From Chrysemys picta bellii (taxonomy: Eukaryota): a stretch of DNA of 64,000 nucleotides. The position numbers and the translations under genes are program-made. The stretch is from NCBI RefSeq assembly GCF_011386835.1, contig NC_088792.1:4216001-4280000 (forward strand). The letters run 5' to 3'. The number at the start of each line of letters is the position of its first letter. Position 1 is the first letter of the stretch. The notes beneath the pieces were generated by a model, which did not search any database, was not told the origin of the DNA, and worked only from the letters and a program-made list of their open reading frames with translations. Of this stretch, positions 49,790 to 60,749 are shown piece by piece.

Positions 49790-49855
49790 GTATTTCAGCT
49801 GTTGGACCAGCAGTGTTAGAGAATGGTGACCATGGAATAGAAGATGACAGTACAG
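49790..49855 (+). CDS. MAP4: MAP4 second coding exon (66 nt)
   Basis: Acceptor ttgcag ends 49789, donor gtaag at 49856, phase 1-1. (S)ISAVGPAVLENGDHGIEDDST resembles mammalian LLANGGHGVEGSDTT as I recall it. Confidence 0.85.
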
Positions 49856-51689
49856 GTAAGAGAGTAATGTCTGAGTTAAACACAACACTTACCTATTTCC
49901 TCTGGTTTAGTCAGAACCTACTAGATGATCTTTGTTCTGGCAAAGTGTTCTTTTCTATGAGATTTTCAGTATTTATTTGGTACTTTCCAAAGAGCTGCTC
50001 GCTGCCCAGTGAACCTTGATTTTTTTTTTTAAAGCATTTAAATTAAGCTAAAACTACCTTCTATACCAGAATTGCTCATATGTAGGAAAGCCCCTTTTAG
50101 AAGGCTTCATGTGCTGTAGCCACAGTTAACCTAAGGAAGATGTATTTGCAATATTGATGTATTAAAATGACTTTCCAATGAAGCCCTAACATTACCTGGA
50201 CTAAGTCTACCCTATTTTGAATATGAACTTCCCCTGTTGTTCTCCCCAGTTTCAAGGTGCAATGTGATCACCAGCTGCGAGGAGAAGTTCACTGTGGTCT
50301 GGTTGTTTATCTTCTCTTCTCAGTTTTCCCCCCGACTCTCTTAGACTCTCACTTTGGCAGCATGCTATCAAAGTTGAAGTTTTGAAGTCCTCCTAAATCC
50401 ATCTCTTAACAGCAATACATAATAGCTTGGTATTTCAAGAAACATGCCATGACTAAATGGGCAAATCTCTACACAAATATCCTATGACGGGTTCTGAATG
50501 AGTGTTTAAACTTCATGCCTGTCTGGGACATGCATTATTTGTCCTATTTTGGATCATTGCATTTAGCTTGTTGATGTAGCTCGGATGTCACTATCACCAC
50601 AAATATTAAGGTAGAAAATATCCTGCTGTAACAAGTATTCCAATAATAGGTAACTCTTTTCTTTTTAGTGAAGGGGGGGAATGGTTGATCAGCCAAAGCT
50701 CTTACATTGTAGTAATCTTTGCTCTACCAAGTATACGGTTGTTCGGAGGTGGTTGTCATTCTTGGCATTGACCGGAGGTACTTGCTGGTCTCCTGAGTCA
50801 CTAGCTCCAAATAGAGGCTAAAAATGCTATTTCGGCAGTGATCCCAGCCTATGGCTGGAGAGGCTGCACTAGAGACCCAAATTGGATCCTCTTGCAGTAG
50901 CATGTTACACTTACTCTGGTCTTCAGGTCCAGGCTCAAGAAAAACAAGCTTCCTGAGGCTATGAAGGGGTAGAAAACTGTCTTGTTGTGGTCAGTACTTG
51001 TGCGTTTAGAAAATTATGTAATTTTTAATGCATATGTGGTTAAATTGGATTCATTTATTGGGAAGATGAAGATTTACAAATATGGCACTAGTCTGTGTGC
51101 TTAACCTGCTTTTGTAAATGCTTGTCAAAATAAAGCTGTAGATTTTTACAGGAAAGTATAACATTAAGGTGACCCCTGAGCCTCTCAAACTACTTCAGTT
51201 GCTCTTTTCAGTATTCTATATATGCTGGAAGAAGTGGAATCCAAACTTATCCCATAATGAAATTGTAAGTATGTGTAGCTGACTGCACTGGTGCACCGGG
51301 GTCCTCTTTTGAATGAATGATTCTGGAGGTTAGTAATAGCTTCCTTAAAGGCTAGTCTCCAGTAAACCATAACAAATTAATTTTAACCTCTCAAATGCTA
51401 AATGCTAACAACACAAGCAAAGACCTTTGTAGATGACTGCAGCTTGTTTATTATCAATAGGTTCTGTCTTGACGTCTACGTTTATGAGGTTTGGAGTTCA
51501 GCAATTTTTCTTGTTAGAGGTTGTCTAAAGGCAACTTCAGAGTGATAGGAATAGCAACATGGAAGCTTAAGTAGTCACTTAAGCATCAACTAACTTAGGG
51601 TTTTCAGACTAATGGGAAATGTGTATAATACAATTGTAGTCTTTTCAAAATGTCTCACGACATTGATCTCCTACAGTTAGTTAAATAAT

Positions 51690-51990
51690 AGAGGGAGAAT
51701 GATATTAAGAGGCACAGACAAGGGAGAGACTTTTTCAAATGAGATTTGAAGTGAGATGAACAGTTGATGAGCTGGGAAAATCCAGAAAGACTGTTCCAGA
51801 GAGCAGGAGCTGCAGAGAAGGTTCCATAACTTCAGAATTGTGGCAACAAACAGGTGATACAGAAGTAGAGAAACACAGTGTGCAAGACAGAGTAGAACGA
51901 GATCATGGAGAGCTTTGCAAAACAGAGCCACATTGGAACTGGATCCTGAAATAATCATTGGAGGTGGTTGGAGAATGGGGATAATGTAAT
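51690..51990 (-). mobile_element. Probable L2 LINE 3' fragment
   Basis: Minus-strand ...FCKALHDL... and pyrimidine-rich L2-like 3' sequence; old and degenerate. Confidence 0.45.
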
Positions 51991-52228
51991 CATCACTTGG
52001 GTACGTAAATGCATCTCATTTTTTCACTCCCTAGATAGTTATGCTTTTTTTCTTCTGCGGTGGAATGTATTTGGAGTTTGATTCAATGGGACGTTGACTT
52101 GATGACGTTTTCATTACATATGACATTCTCTGCAGTTATCTGGAGTGTACAGTGGTTAGGATTAGTTAGGTCTGGAAAAAGGCATTTTTTTGCCTTTTCC
52201 CAGATTAGCACTCACTTGACTATATTAA

Positions 52229-52787
52229 GAGCATATCTACATGGGACACTAAGAAAGTTGAGGTGAATCAACTAAAGGTGTGACGTGAATGTGCGTAACT
52301 CAAAATGCCTTAACTCCTCTCTGTGGGTGCTCTCACTCACCGGTAAAGTGGCCTTAGGGTACGTCTTCCCTACGATTAGGACGTGTGATTGCAGCACATG
52401 TAGGCATACCTGAGCTAGCTCGCTAGAAATAGCAGAGAAGCTGCTATGGCACGAGCTAGCTGCTCAAGTATGTACCCAGTGTCCTGGGTGGGCTTATGTT
52501 TGGGTATCTATCCCATGCTGCCATGGCTTCAGCTTCTCTGATATTTTTAGTGAGCTAACTCAATCAAAACTAGCTCTGGTAGTCTTACACAAGCTGCATT
52601 CACGCCTCCTAATTGCAGTGTAGATATACCTCCTCGAAGGATTAAATTACAGTGAACTAAAGCCAATTTACTCTTGAATGAGAGAGTATCCATATGGGTG
52701 TTAACACACTTTAATTTATGCACATTCAGTTCATGGCTTTAGTTGATTTGCCGGAACCTTCCTGAGTGTCCCCATGTAGAGAAGCCC
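52229..52787. mobile_element. Harbinger-type MITE containing a nested Harbinger-type MITE (52357-52630)
   Basis: Outer ends gagcatatctacatgggacact and agtgtccccatgtagagaagccc; inner ends gggtacgtcttccctac (after tta) and gtgtagatatacc. Confidence 0.75.
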
Positions 52788-53393
52788 CAAAAGTCTGGAT
52801 ATCCCAGCACAAAAGGGAATTTTACAGTGTGATGCCAAACCCCACAAGGCTGGTTTTTGTTGATGTTTTTCCCAGTTTGGAATATCAAGATTATAGTAGA
52901 GTTGTGGGGTATCCTTGGTGGAAATATTGAGTGCAGGTGAAATATTTGTGTGGTTAATTTTACTACATTTACTTTCTAGTTAAGGGCTCAATCCTGCAAG
53001 TGCTGTGCATTTTCAACACTTGCTAACTTAAGTAGGAGCTAAGGGTACTCGGCAGTACCTGCCAGTATTGGATCTTGCATCTTTAGTGGTTTTCCTCTCC
53101 TTAAAACCAATTCACAGAAATATATCTTGCTGGCTACTGTTTTTAACGCAAATCCTCCTTTTCAGAGACATCCTGAACTGCCATTCTCTCAACGGCACTT
53201 TGCCACTAATCTAGATTTACCACAGCTAATTTCTGCATGTAGCACAGTTGTCTGCTCTTGCATGAAGTGAGACTTTTTCAGACTTTTGTAAAAATGAAGT
53301 TTCCTGTTTCTGAATTAGTCTCTGGAAAGGTCTGCTATCAGCACTAAATGAAATATTGCTTGATGTGCAGTTTGCTGCATTAATGTTCATGTT

Positions 53394-53479
53394 TACTAAT
53401 GATTTACGCTTTTTTGCCCTTTCCCCCTCCCTTTCCCTTCTCCTATTTCTTTCCCTCCTTTTCTATTTTCTCCTCCTAG
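53394..53479 (+). promoter_or_regulatory. Distant branch point and long polypyrimidine tract/3' splice site
   Basis: TACTAAT at 53394-53400, then about 70 nt of mostly pyrimidines with no AG until ctag ending 53479. Confidence 0.75.
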
Positions 53480-53487
53480 AAGCCTAG
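53480..53487 (+). CDS. MAP4: MAP4 alternative terminal exon (coding part AA GCC TAG, then 3' UTR)
   Basis: Phase-1 splice from 49855 gives G|AA GCC TAG = E-A-stop and a 312-nt CDS (103 aa). Resembles the short human MAP4 isoform ending ...TTEA, recalled from memory. Confidence 0.75.
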
Positions 53488-54453
53488 ACTGTCTTCTAAC
53501 ACTGGGGCTGCTACTGACACAAGACCAGTGTACTTTTCTACCTGCCATTACAGTTCTAAAACCTTCGGCATTTTACAGAGCTCTTGCTTTACATCCCTGG
53601 AGTTTACGTGTAGAAGAAACGTGTAGCTCTACCGTCCCGCTGTCAGCTGATCAGCCCTCCTCCTCCTCCTCCTCCTCCCTCTCTCTGCAGTGCTTGTTGA
53701 AACCTTCCTTTCTTTGTGTAAGCACAAACGTGCATGACAGATTTTTTTTAACTGCACAATTTTAGCAATTTGTCAAGGCTACTTTTTAACTTACCTTTAC
53801 AATTCCATTTTTATTTAATCCATCTTTTAAAAAAAATTAAAAATTCACTGGGGTTTTAATTCTTAACGAAGGGTTTGACAGTAAATCCAAGCTGTGCTTT
53901 CATAGGGGATGGGTCCACCATGACTGCAGCTCTCCTCTTTCACCATCACCGAACACATCCTTAGAGTAATCCTGAGCTCCACCTGCCTTTGTCCTTGCTG
54001 CTTAGAAACCTTTGTGAATAAGGATTTAAATTTAATGATGCCATTTTCTTTGCTAAGAAGAGGTGGCTCTTTATAGGATCTACTATAGAGACTTTAAATA
54101 TAATTATTCCCAAATTTGCATCTACTGAGACCTAAGGAGCTTTGTCTTTTTTTTTTTTTTTTTTTATTAAAGAAAACTCTTTTGTTATCAAACTGGCATC
54201 CACTAATCATTACTTAACCCCCCCCCCCCCACCAAAAAGCAATTGTTTTCGTGTTTCGCACCCTGAGTCTCAGTAAAGCCAATCGCATTGATACTGGACT
54301 GACTACTTCAAACTTGGAAGCAAGCGAAGAGTTCCATTTTAATTACAGCTTTTATGTGTGTTGATTACTTTTGTGGGAAAGGCATGGGGCTCAGATGCAA
54401 ATTATTTTTATCTGCCCTCAAAAAGTATAAAGAATGAATCTGACTAAAGGAGC

Positions 54454-54459
54454 AATAAA
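54454..54459 (+). terminator. Candidate poly(A) signal of the short MAP4 isoform
   Basis: First AATAAA I found after the terminal-exon acceptor; ATTAAA alternatives at 53836 and 54166. Confidence 0.35.
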
Positions 54460-55404
54460 AATGGAACAGATGTCAAGAACTACATTTAACTTGTCAAATT
54501 TCTAACAAAATAATTATCTGACAAGGCTCCAATCATACTGAAAGAAACAGTGCCTCTTTGAACTCCCGCAGATCTGTCTCTATGTTCAGCATGTCATTTG
54601 CAATTCCTGCTGCTATTCCAGCATAGATATAATTCAAGTCTTTCATGTGAAAAGTTTTGCTACTACAGGAGAATTGTCATTGAGGTGTAGATTTTTCCTT
54701 AATAGTAGACACTTTATTATAAATATTGCCCTCTCATGCAGTCCTTGTATTCACGTGCTTTATCTGCTGCTAACAAATATATATATATAGACAAAATATA
54801 AAAATAGTGTACCAAAGGCATACACTTCTAGAGCACATTAACTGCTATAACACCTAGATGGATTTTGATGCAGTACTGAGACTGAATTTTTCTAGACCAG
54901 GGAATGCTTTTTGAATGGACTCTGCTATAAAATAAATCTTAGTCTTGGCCCTAGTTTTAGGCAATAGTCATGAGGACATCTCACACATTTAATATTTTCA
55001 GTTTGAGACATCAGTCCACTAGAGGCTCTGTCACTAAGTTCAGGAAAGCAGTTTCACACTCAGTTTGCTCATGGAAAAATTAATAGCCTAATACGTAGCA
55101 CTTTACAAACAGAATTCCTTTCAAAATGCAGCCAGCCCTGGGGTTGAACACAGTTGTTTTAGCCAAGCACAGTACAATGTGTAACAATTCTGGACACGTG
55201 AAACAGTATCAGGAATCTAAGGCAGAATATGATTATCCAAATCTGCACGAGGCCACTACAGTGGAGCCAATACTCTGACATGGGTAAAAAGCATCACAGA
55301 ACCTTTAATGATCAGGTGGCTTGCACCTGAGTATTTCTAGCACCGCAGTAATATCATAACCATACTGGGGCACTGGTACATTGAGTCACTGGAAGAGTAT
55401 TACC

Positions 55405-55442
55405 TAGGGTTGCCAGTTCTGGTTGGAGGGATGGCAACCCTA
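55405..55442. mobile_element. 38-bp minimal hAT element
   Basis: tagggttgcca...tggcaacccta; TSD gtattacc (55397-55404) and gcgttacc (55443-55450). Confidence 0.8.
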
Positions 55443-55650
55443 GCGTTACCTGTTGAATTACCAGCACTGCGAATTGCAGTACTCTGAGTTTTTCCTTGAA
55501 GGTCTCTAAGGAAAGTACTGATCCATCTTGGTTTAGCTTGAGAACTCTCTCAATCCCCACTGAAGCTGGTATGTGTCCAGAATTGTTACCAGTACTTTGT
55601 ATTACACACATGTCTCCTTTATACCTTCCCCCCCTCTGTACCTGCATTTT

Positions 55651-55710
55651 AGCATAGGGTTAGACAAGATGACCCTTGTGGTCCCTTCGAACCCTATGGT
55701 TCTATGATTC
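55651..55710 (+). mobile_element. CR1 3' end fragment
   Basis: agatgacccttgtggtcccttcgaaccctatggttctatgattc. Confidence 0.85.
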
Positions 55711-58320
55711 AGCCTGTTTAATGACATATATCAGAATTTGAAAAGCTTTTCATTCTCCAATTAATGTGAACTTACTGCCTTTACTTATTGAAAGCCTCAT
55801 TAGTTTGAAGCTGACAACTTCACAATGCGAATTTACTGAGAGCTCTGAACAGTAACAGTTACAGTGTTAGCATTACTATAGGAAATTTACATCTGTTTAT
55901 TTCCTGATAAGACACTGTGGCTTTTGAAATTTTTTAAAAATGCGGGCGTGAAAAATGTTGGCATTCCTATCTGGTCTCTCTGTTTTTATGCATTGCCGAG
56001 CTACCACATGATTTGCAAAGACTGGTGATCTCTTTAGAGGCCAGGACTGGAATTACCAGGTCATGACTGAAGTGCATTAATAAAACTCTTTTGGTCCCCT
56101 GTACTAGAATAAGAGTGGCACTTGGGATTCAAGATACATTGGCAATAGGGCCATACCAAGATCCCATTCTAGCTTTATGCATTTTTATGTAGCAAACTAT
56201 CTTTAGTGGTGGTTTGTCACGTGGTGTTATATGGCCATTGGGAAATGTTCTTGTAATAGCCACAATGTTTCTGCTTGGTTGGCTGAAAAAAACAATGATG
56301 CTATGATGATTTTTCTCCATCCTCGATGTATCATTCTCTTAAAAGGATGCTATGGGGCTCACTACCAGGGATTTGGGGACTTCTGGACAAAGACCAGTGA
56401 CTGAGTAAAGAGGGGGCATCCCAGGGAAACATTTTTAGTGGAACCTGTCATTATCAAGCCTAGAGGAATTTTTGCTTAGTGACACAAGTAGTCATTCTTC
56501 CCCTCCACAGGAGGTGGGCAATGCTATCTGTGACCCAAGCTCTAGGAATCTGCAACTGAAAATTAAACTCCCCAAGTGGTTTTATTATGCTGGATATGCA
56601 TCTCTTAAATATTTCCACCCAAGCAATTTATTAAACATTGTGGCAGTTAGTCTGGTAAAGTTGCCTTACAGGAAAACTCTGCCAAAGAAGTTCAGAAAAC
56701 TAGCAGTTCCATTTTTAGCAAAATCAGCCTTAACATCTGTCACCACTACCCAGCCGTAACAGTGCGTCAGACAGAACAAAGCAAAAGTTGATAATGAAAA
56801 CTGGGGCACCCCTGTGAATCTAGTCACTATCAACTACTGAGTTGCATAATTCATCACACGTTATCACAGGACCAAAACTTATTTAATTATTTTTTTCCAT
56901 TTTTCTGTATTTTCTTTTGATTGTGTTTTTTGTTTGAGATATGTATTGCAAATTTCCAAAAACTTATTTTGAGTTTATTTCTCTGTTGAAATGTCCATTA
57001 GAAAATTTCCATCTAACAGACAGATCAAGGTTGTCATGCATGTCTGATGCTGTGACTCTTTCTGGAGTGAAATGTAACACACGTTTCTCAGGGGGTGGGG
57101 AAGGGAGAATCGATTTTTCCTTATGGTTTCCAGTTATGCCTTTTTGTATGTCGTAAGAAAGAAAAATGTACATTGCCTCTTGTTAAAGATTTAGTGCAGT
57201 AACTGTGTATGCCAAAGTACTCTTCTGAAATTTTCAGGAAGCTATCAGGCTTGTGTGTTGCTTTATTTAAACTGCACATGCACTCCAGGCTTTATTGCCC
57301 AGTTGCAGGAGATAATGTGGAACCTTTTTCAGAATATTTTATAACTTAATTTATGCCTCTAAAATTGTATATTATGTTTGATTCCAATAGTTTGTATATT
57401 GTGAGCTGTATATCACTTTGCTGAATAAAGCACCCTAATAAACACCTTGCACTAATGGCTCAATAACTGCACCTTGGTGGGAATCTTCTTGGTGTTTTAT
57501 GTGAGACAAACTTTTGTTTAAAGTCAATATATAAAGTCATCCAGACTGACCTTGATTCTTATTCCTAAGTATTGCTTAGGGTTTGTTATAAAATTACAAT
57601 ACATTCTAGTTGTGTGTCTGTAAATGCCAAAGGACAAGTTCCTGCAAGAGGAAAATGGTCTGACGGTTGGGATAACATGCTGTCTAGATAACTACTGGAA
57701 GACACTCCTCTCCTCATCAGAGAACCATTTTAAGTGTAGTTTGTTCAGTAAAAGGAGCCTTAATAACCTGGGTGAACTACATGATTCAGGTACTACTTAA
57801 AAATTAATACAAAGAATAAAGTCAAGTGTCTTCCACAACACACACGGATCAAACTTTCAAATCCTGAGAGGTGCACAAGGTGCCCAGTTCCATGTTGGGG
57901 CACTCAAATTAGTATTAAGACACCCTCAAACTTTGTATTGGATAAGAATGCTTAAAGTAGGGCATGGGAAGATTTTTTCCCCCTGAGAAATTCAAAGATG
58001 CGAGATTAAAGACGCTTGTTTCCTACTTCAAAAAACCCCTCCCCTCCTCCCCCTACATCTTGTGCTTATTTGGTCCCTATGTCCTCAATAGTGGTGAGTT
58101 TTCAGAACTGTCCAGACTTCACACTCAGAGTTGACTCTGGGCCATTAAAAGTAGGCTTACATCATGGCATATTTTCCAGAGAAGAATTATTTGAGTCTTA
58201 ATTCTTATGGAGTGAAGTCAGAGCGAGCAAGAAGGAATCTGGCTAAATAAGCGTGTTGTATTATTCTGGGAATTGTTACGCCTGTTTGAAACTGCTTTCT
58301 GTGCTTTTGGAGGACTCTAA

Positions 58321-58615
58321 GGGTATATCTATACTTGCCTCCGGGTTCGGCGGTAAGCAGTCGATCTTCTGGGATCGATTTATCGCGTCTTGTCTAGACA
58401 CGATAAATCGATCCCAGAAGTGCTCGCTGTCGACGCCGGTACTCCTGCTCCGCGAGAGGCGTACACGGAGTCGACAGGGGAGCCTGCCTGCCGTGTGTGG
58501 ACCTGCGGTAAGTACCTTGTAGTTCGAACTAAGGTACTTCGACTTCAGCTACGTTATTCACGTAGCTGAAGTTGCGTATCTTAGTTCGAACTGGGGGGTT
58601 AGTGTGGACCAGCCC
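58321..58615. mobile_element. Harbinger-type MITE, CpG-rich with internal hairpins
   Basis: Ends gggtatatctatact and agtgtggaccagccc; flanks taa and tga; internal palindromes. Confidence 0.82.
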
Positions 58616-59662
58616 TGAGAATCATCCAGAATGGGATGAAAGTTGAAAGTTGAAAGGAGAAAGAGGTAAGAAAACAAGGAAGGGTGGGGACTGATAATTT
58701 GGACTGGAGACAGAAGAGAATTTAGGTACATCAGGCAACTGAAGAGCACTAGAAACTCAGGAAGTTTCAGGGTAATTTGGTCTAGGATTAGGTTTTTAAA
58801 AATTTACATCTGTAATTGCTGCTTAAACTCTTCTTCCCGTCTTCCACATTTACTGGTATGCTATGAATACGATAATGTAATTCTTTGTTTTCATTGCCAA
58901 GCGAGTCCTGTGAAGGGGCTAACTGGTTACGTTGGCACTTTCATACTGCATGGATGACTCTTAAGAAGCTAGATGTAAAGTTGCCCACCTCACTTAAACA
59001 AAAGAGTGCATTATACCAATACAGCCATTATGGTATACTCTGTTAAAACCAGCTGTGTGCACATAAACTGATTTATGCTAATCAAGTGAATTACCATTTC
59101 AGTATAAATTGTCTAGTGACTTCAGACAACATTGCAATGAGAGAGATCCTTTCCTGGTCATCTGCTGCAAAATATTAAGATTTTTAGAAGCTAGTGTTTT
59201 CAGGAACTTTTCATCTATTGAAGAGTCCCTCAAAAACAAGCTTTCATTGCCTTATGTACTGTTTGCTGAAATCCAGTGAAACTTACACATGAATAAAATA
59301 TGAATTTTAAAGAGACTCTCACATTTAGAGTAAAAATTCAGTATAAGTAAAGCACTCATCCAAAAGCAATTGACTTTGGCACCTATTTTCTGAATGATCA
59401 TTCTTATTAAGGTATTTGTATTTTGAATACAAATGTTCTCTTAAAATCCCAGTTTCAGCTTGATCCTGCAGTGACCATATAAGCCTTAGTTTGATATTGG
59501 TTTGTTATAATGGAAATAACGGCTATGAAGACCTAATGCCGACTTTGCAGGATTGAGTAGGGGAGGAATATGGTTGTTTTAAGTACAAAACTTGATGATA
59601 TTTAGAAAATTGCAGGAGGAACTACCGTAATGGATGCTAAAATTCATATTAGTTCCTTGTGG

Positions 59663-60068
59663 TCACAGAGCCACAGATTTTTAAAGCTGAAAGGGACCAG
59701 ATAGTCTGACCCGCGTAACACAGGCCAGAGAACCTCACCCAATAATTTTTGCATCAAGCCAATAATGTCTATTTGAGCTGTAGCACAGCTTTAAGAAAAA
59801 TATTCAGTCTTGATTTCAAGAGTTCAAGTGATGGAGAATCCATCATGTCTTTAGGTAAGTTGTTCCAATGGTTAATTACCCTCGTTGTTAGAAAATTGAG
59901 CTTTATTTCTAATCTGAATATGTCCATGTCCAGCTTCCAACCATTAGATCTCATTTCCTGAAGCATTAATGAGCCCTCTACAATTAGAAATTCCCCCCCC
60001 CCCCGCCCCCATCTGGGTACTTATAGACCATGATCAAATCACCTCTTAACCTTCTCTTGGATAAACTA
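59663..60068 (-). mobile_element. CR1 3' fragment
   Basis: cacagatttttaaagctgaaagggacc tail; minus-strand WKLDMDIFRLEIKLNFLTTRVINHWNNLPKDMMDSPSLELLKSRL (CR1 ORF2 C-terminus). Confidence 0.9.
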
Positions 60069-60194
60069 AAGTAGCATTTCAAGGCTGACATTTAAATTTT
60101 CACTAGTGAATTAAGCAGCTATAAATGAATCTGTTCTTTGTGCCATCACAGTAGAAATTATTAGACTGAAGAATCTTAATTCTGAAAGAAATGT

Positions 60195-60305
60195 CGATGC
60201 CTTGGAGTCAGGATACTTGGGTTCTACTCCTAGCTGTGCCACCTGACAAGTGTGACTTTGGGCAAGTCATTTCACCTCTGCCTCCATTTCTTCCTCTGCA
60301 AAATT
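60195..60305 (+). mobile_element. MIR/CORE SINE
   Basis: ttggagtcaggatacttgggttctactcctagctgtgccac...gtgactttgggcaagtcatttcacctct. Confidence 0.8.
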
Positions 60306-60555
60306 CCTTCCTCTGCAAATCGTACTTTACTTACCTTCTGTATTTTAGAAAATTAGCATATGCAACCATTCCTGAAATTACCGAATGTACAATTTGCTTA
60401 GCTGTTAAATGTCCAGAACATTAATATTTGAATAAAATTGCCTTCTAAGCAAAAGTTCTTATAAATTTAATATTTTTACATTTAATGTAATTTGAATGTA
60501 ATTTTTAAGAAAAGTGCTGGATTCACAGCCATGGAGACCAAAGTGCCCCATTATA

Positions 60556-60749
60556 CACCTCTACCCCGATATAACGCTGTCCTTGGGAGCCAAAAAATCT
60601 TACTGCGTTATAGGTGAAACCGCGTTATATCGAACTTGCTTTGATCAGCTGGAGCACGCAGCCCCCCCCCTCCCCCCCCAGAGCGCTGCTTTACCGCATT
60701 ATATCCGAATTCGTGTTATATCGGGTCGCGTTATATCAGGGTGGAGGTG
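60556..60749. mobile_element. Tc1/mariner-pogo-type MITE
   Basis: TIRs cacctctaccccgatataacgc and gcgttatatcagggtggaggtg; TA flanks. Confidence 0.88.

Noticed and set aside
50620-50960. Compositionally distinct block suspected to be an old retroelement coding relic
   Set aside because: I could not read a convincing motif in any frame.
56472-56759. Possible next MAP4 exon (acceptor-like ccctccacag near 56510)
   Set aside because: The phase-1 reading hits a stop within eight codons and does not resemble MAP4; the next constitutive exon probably lies beyond the window.
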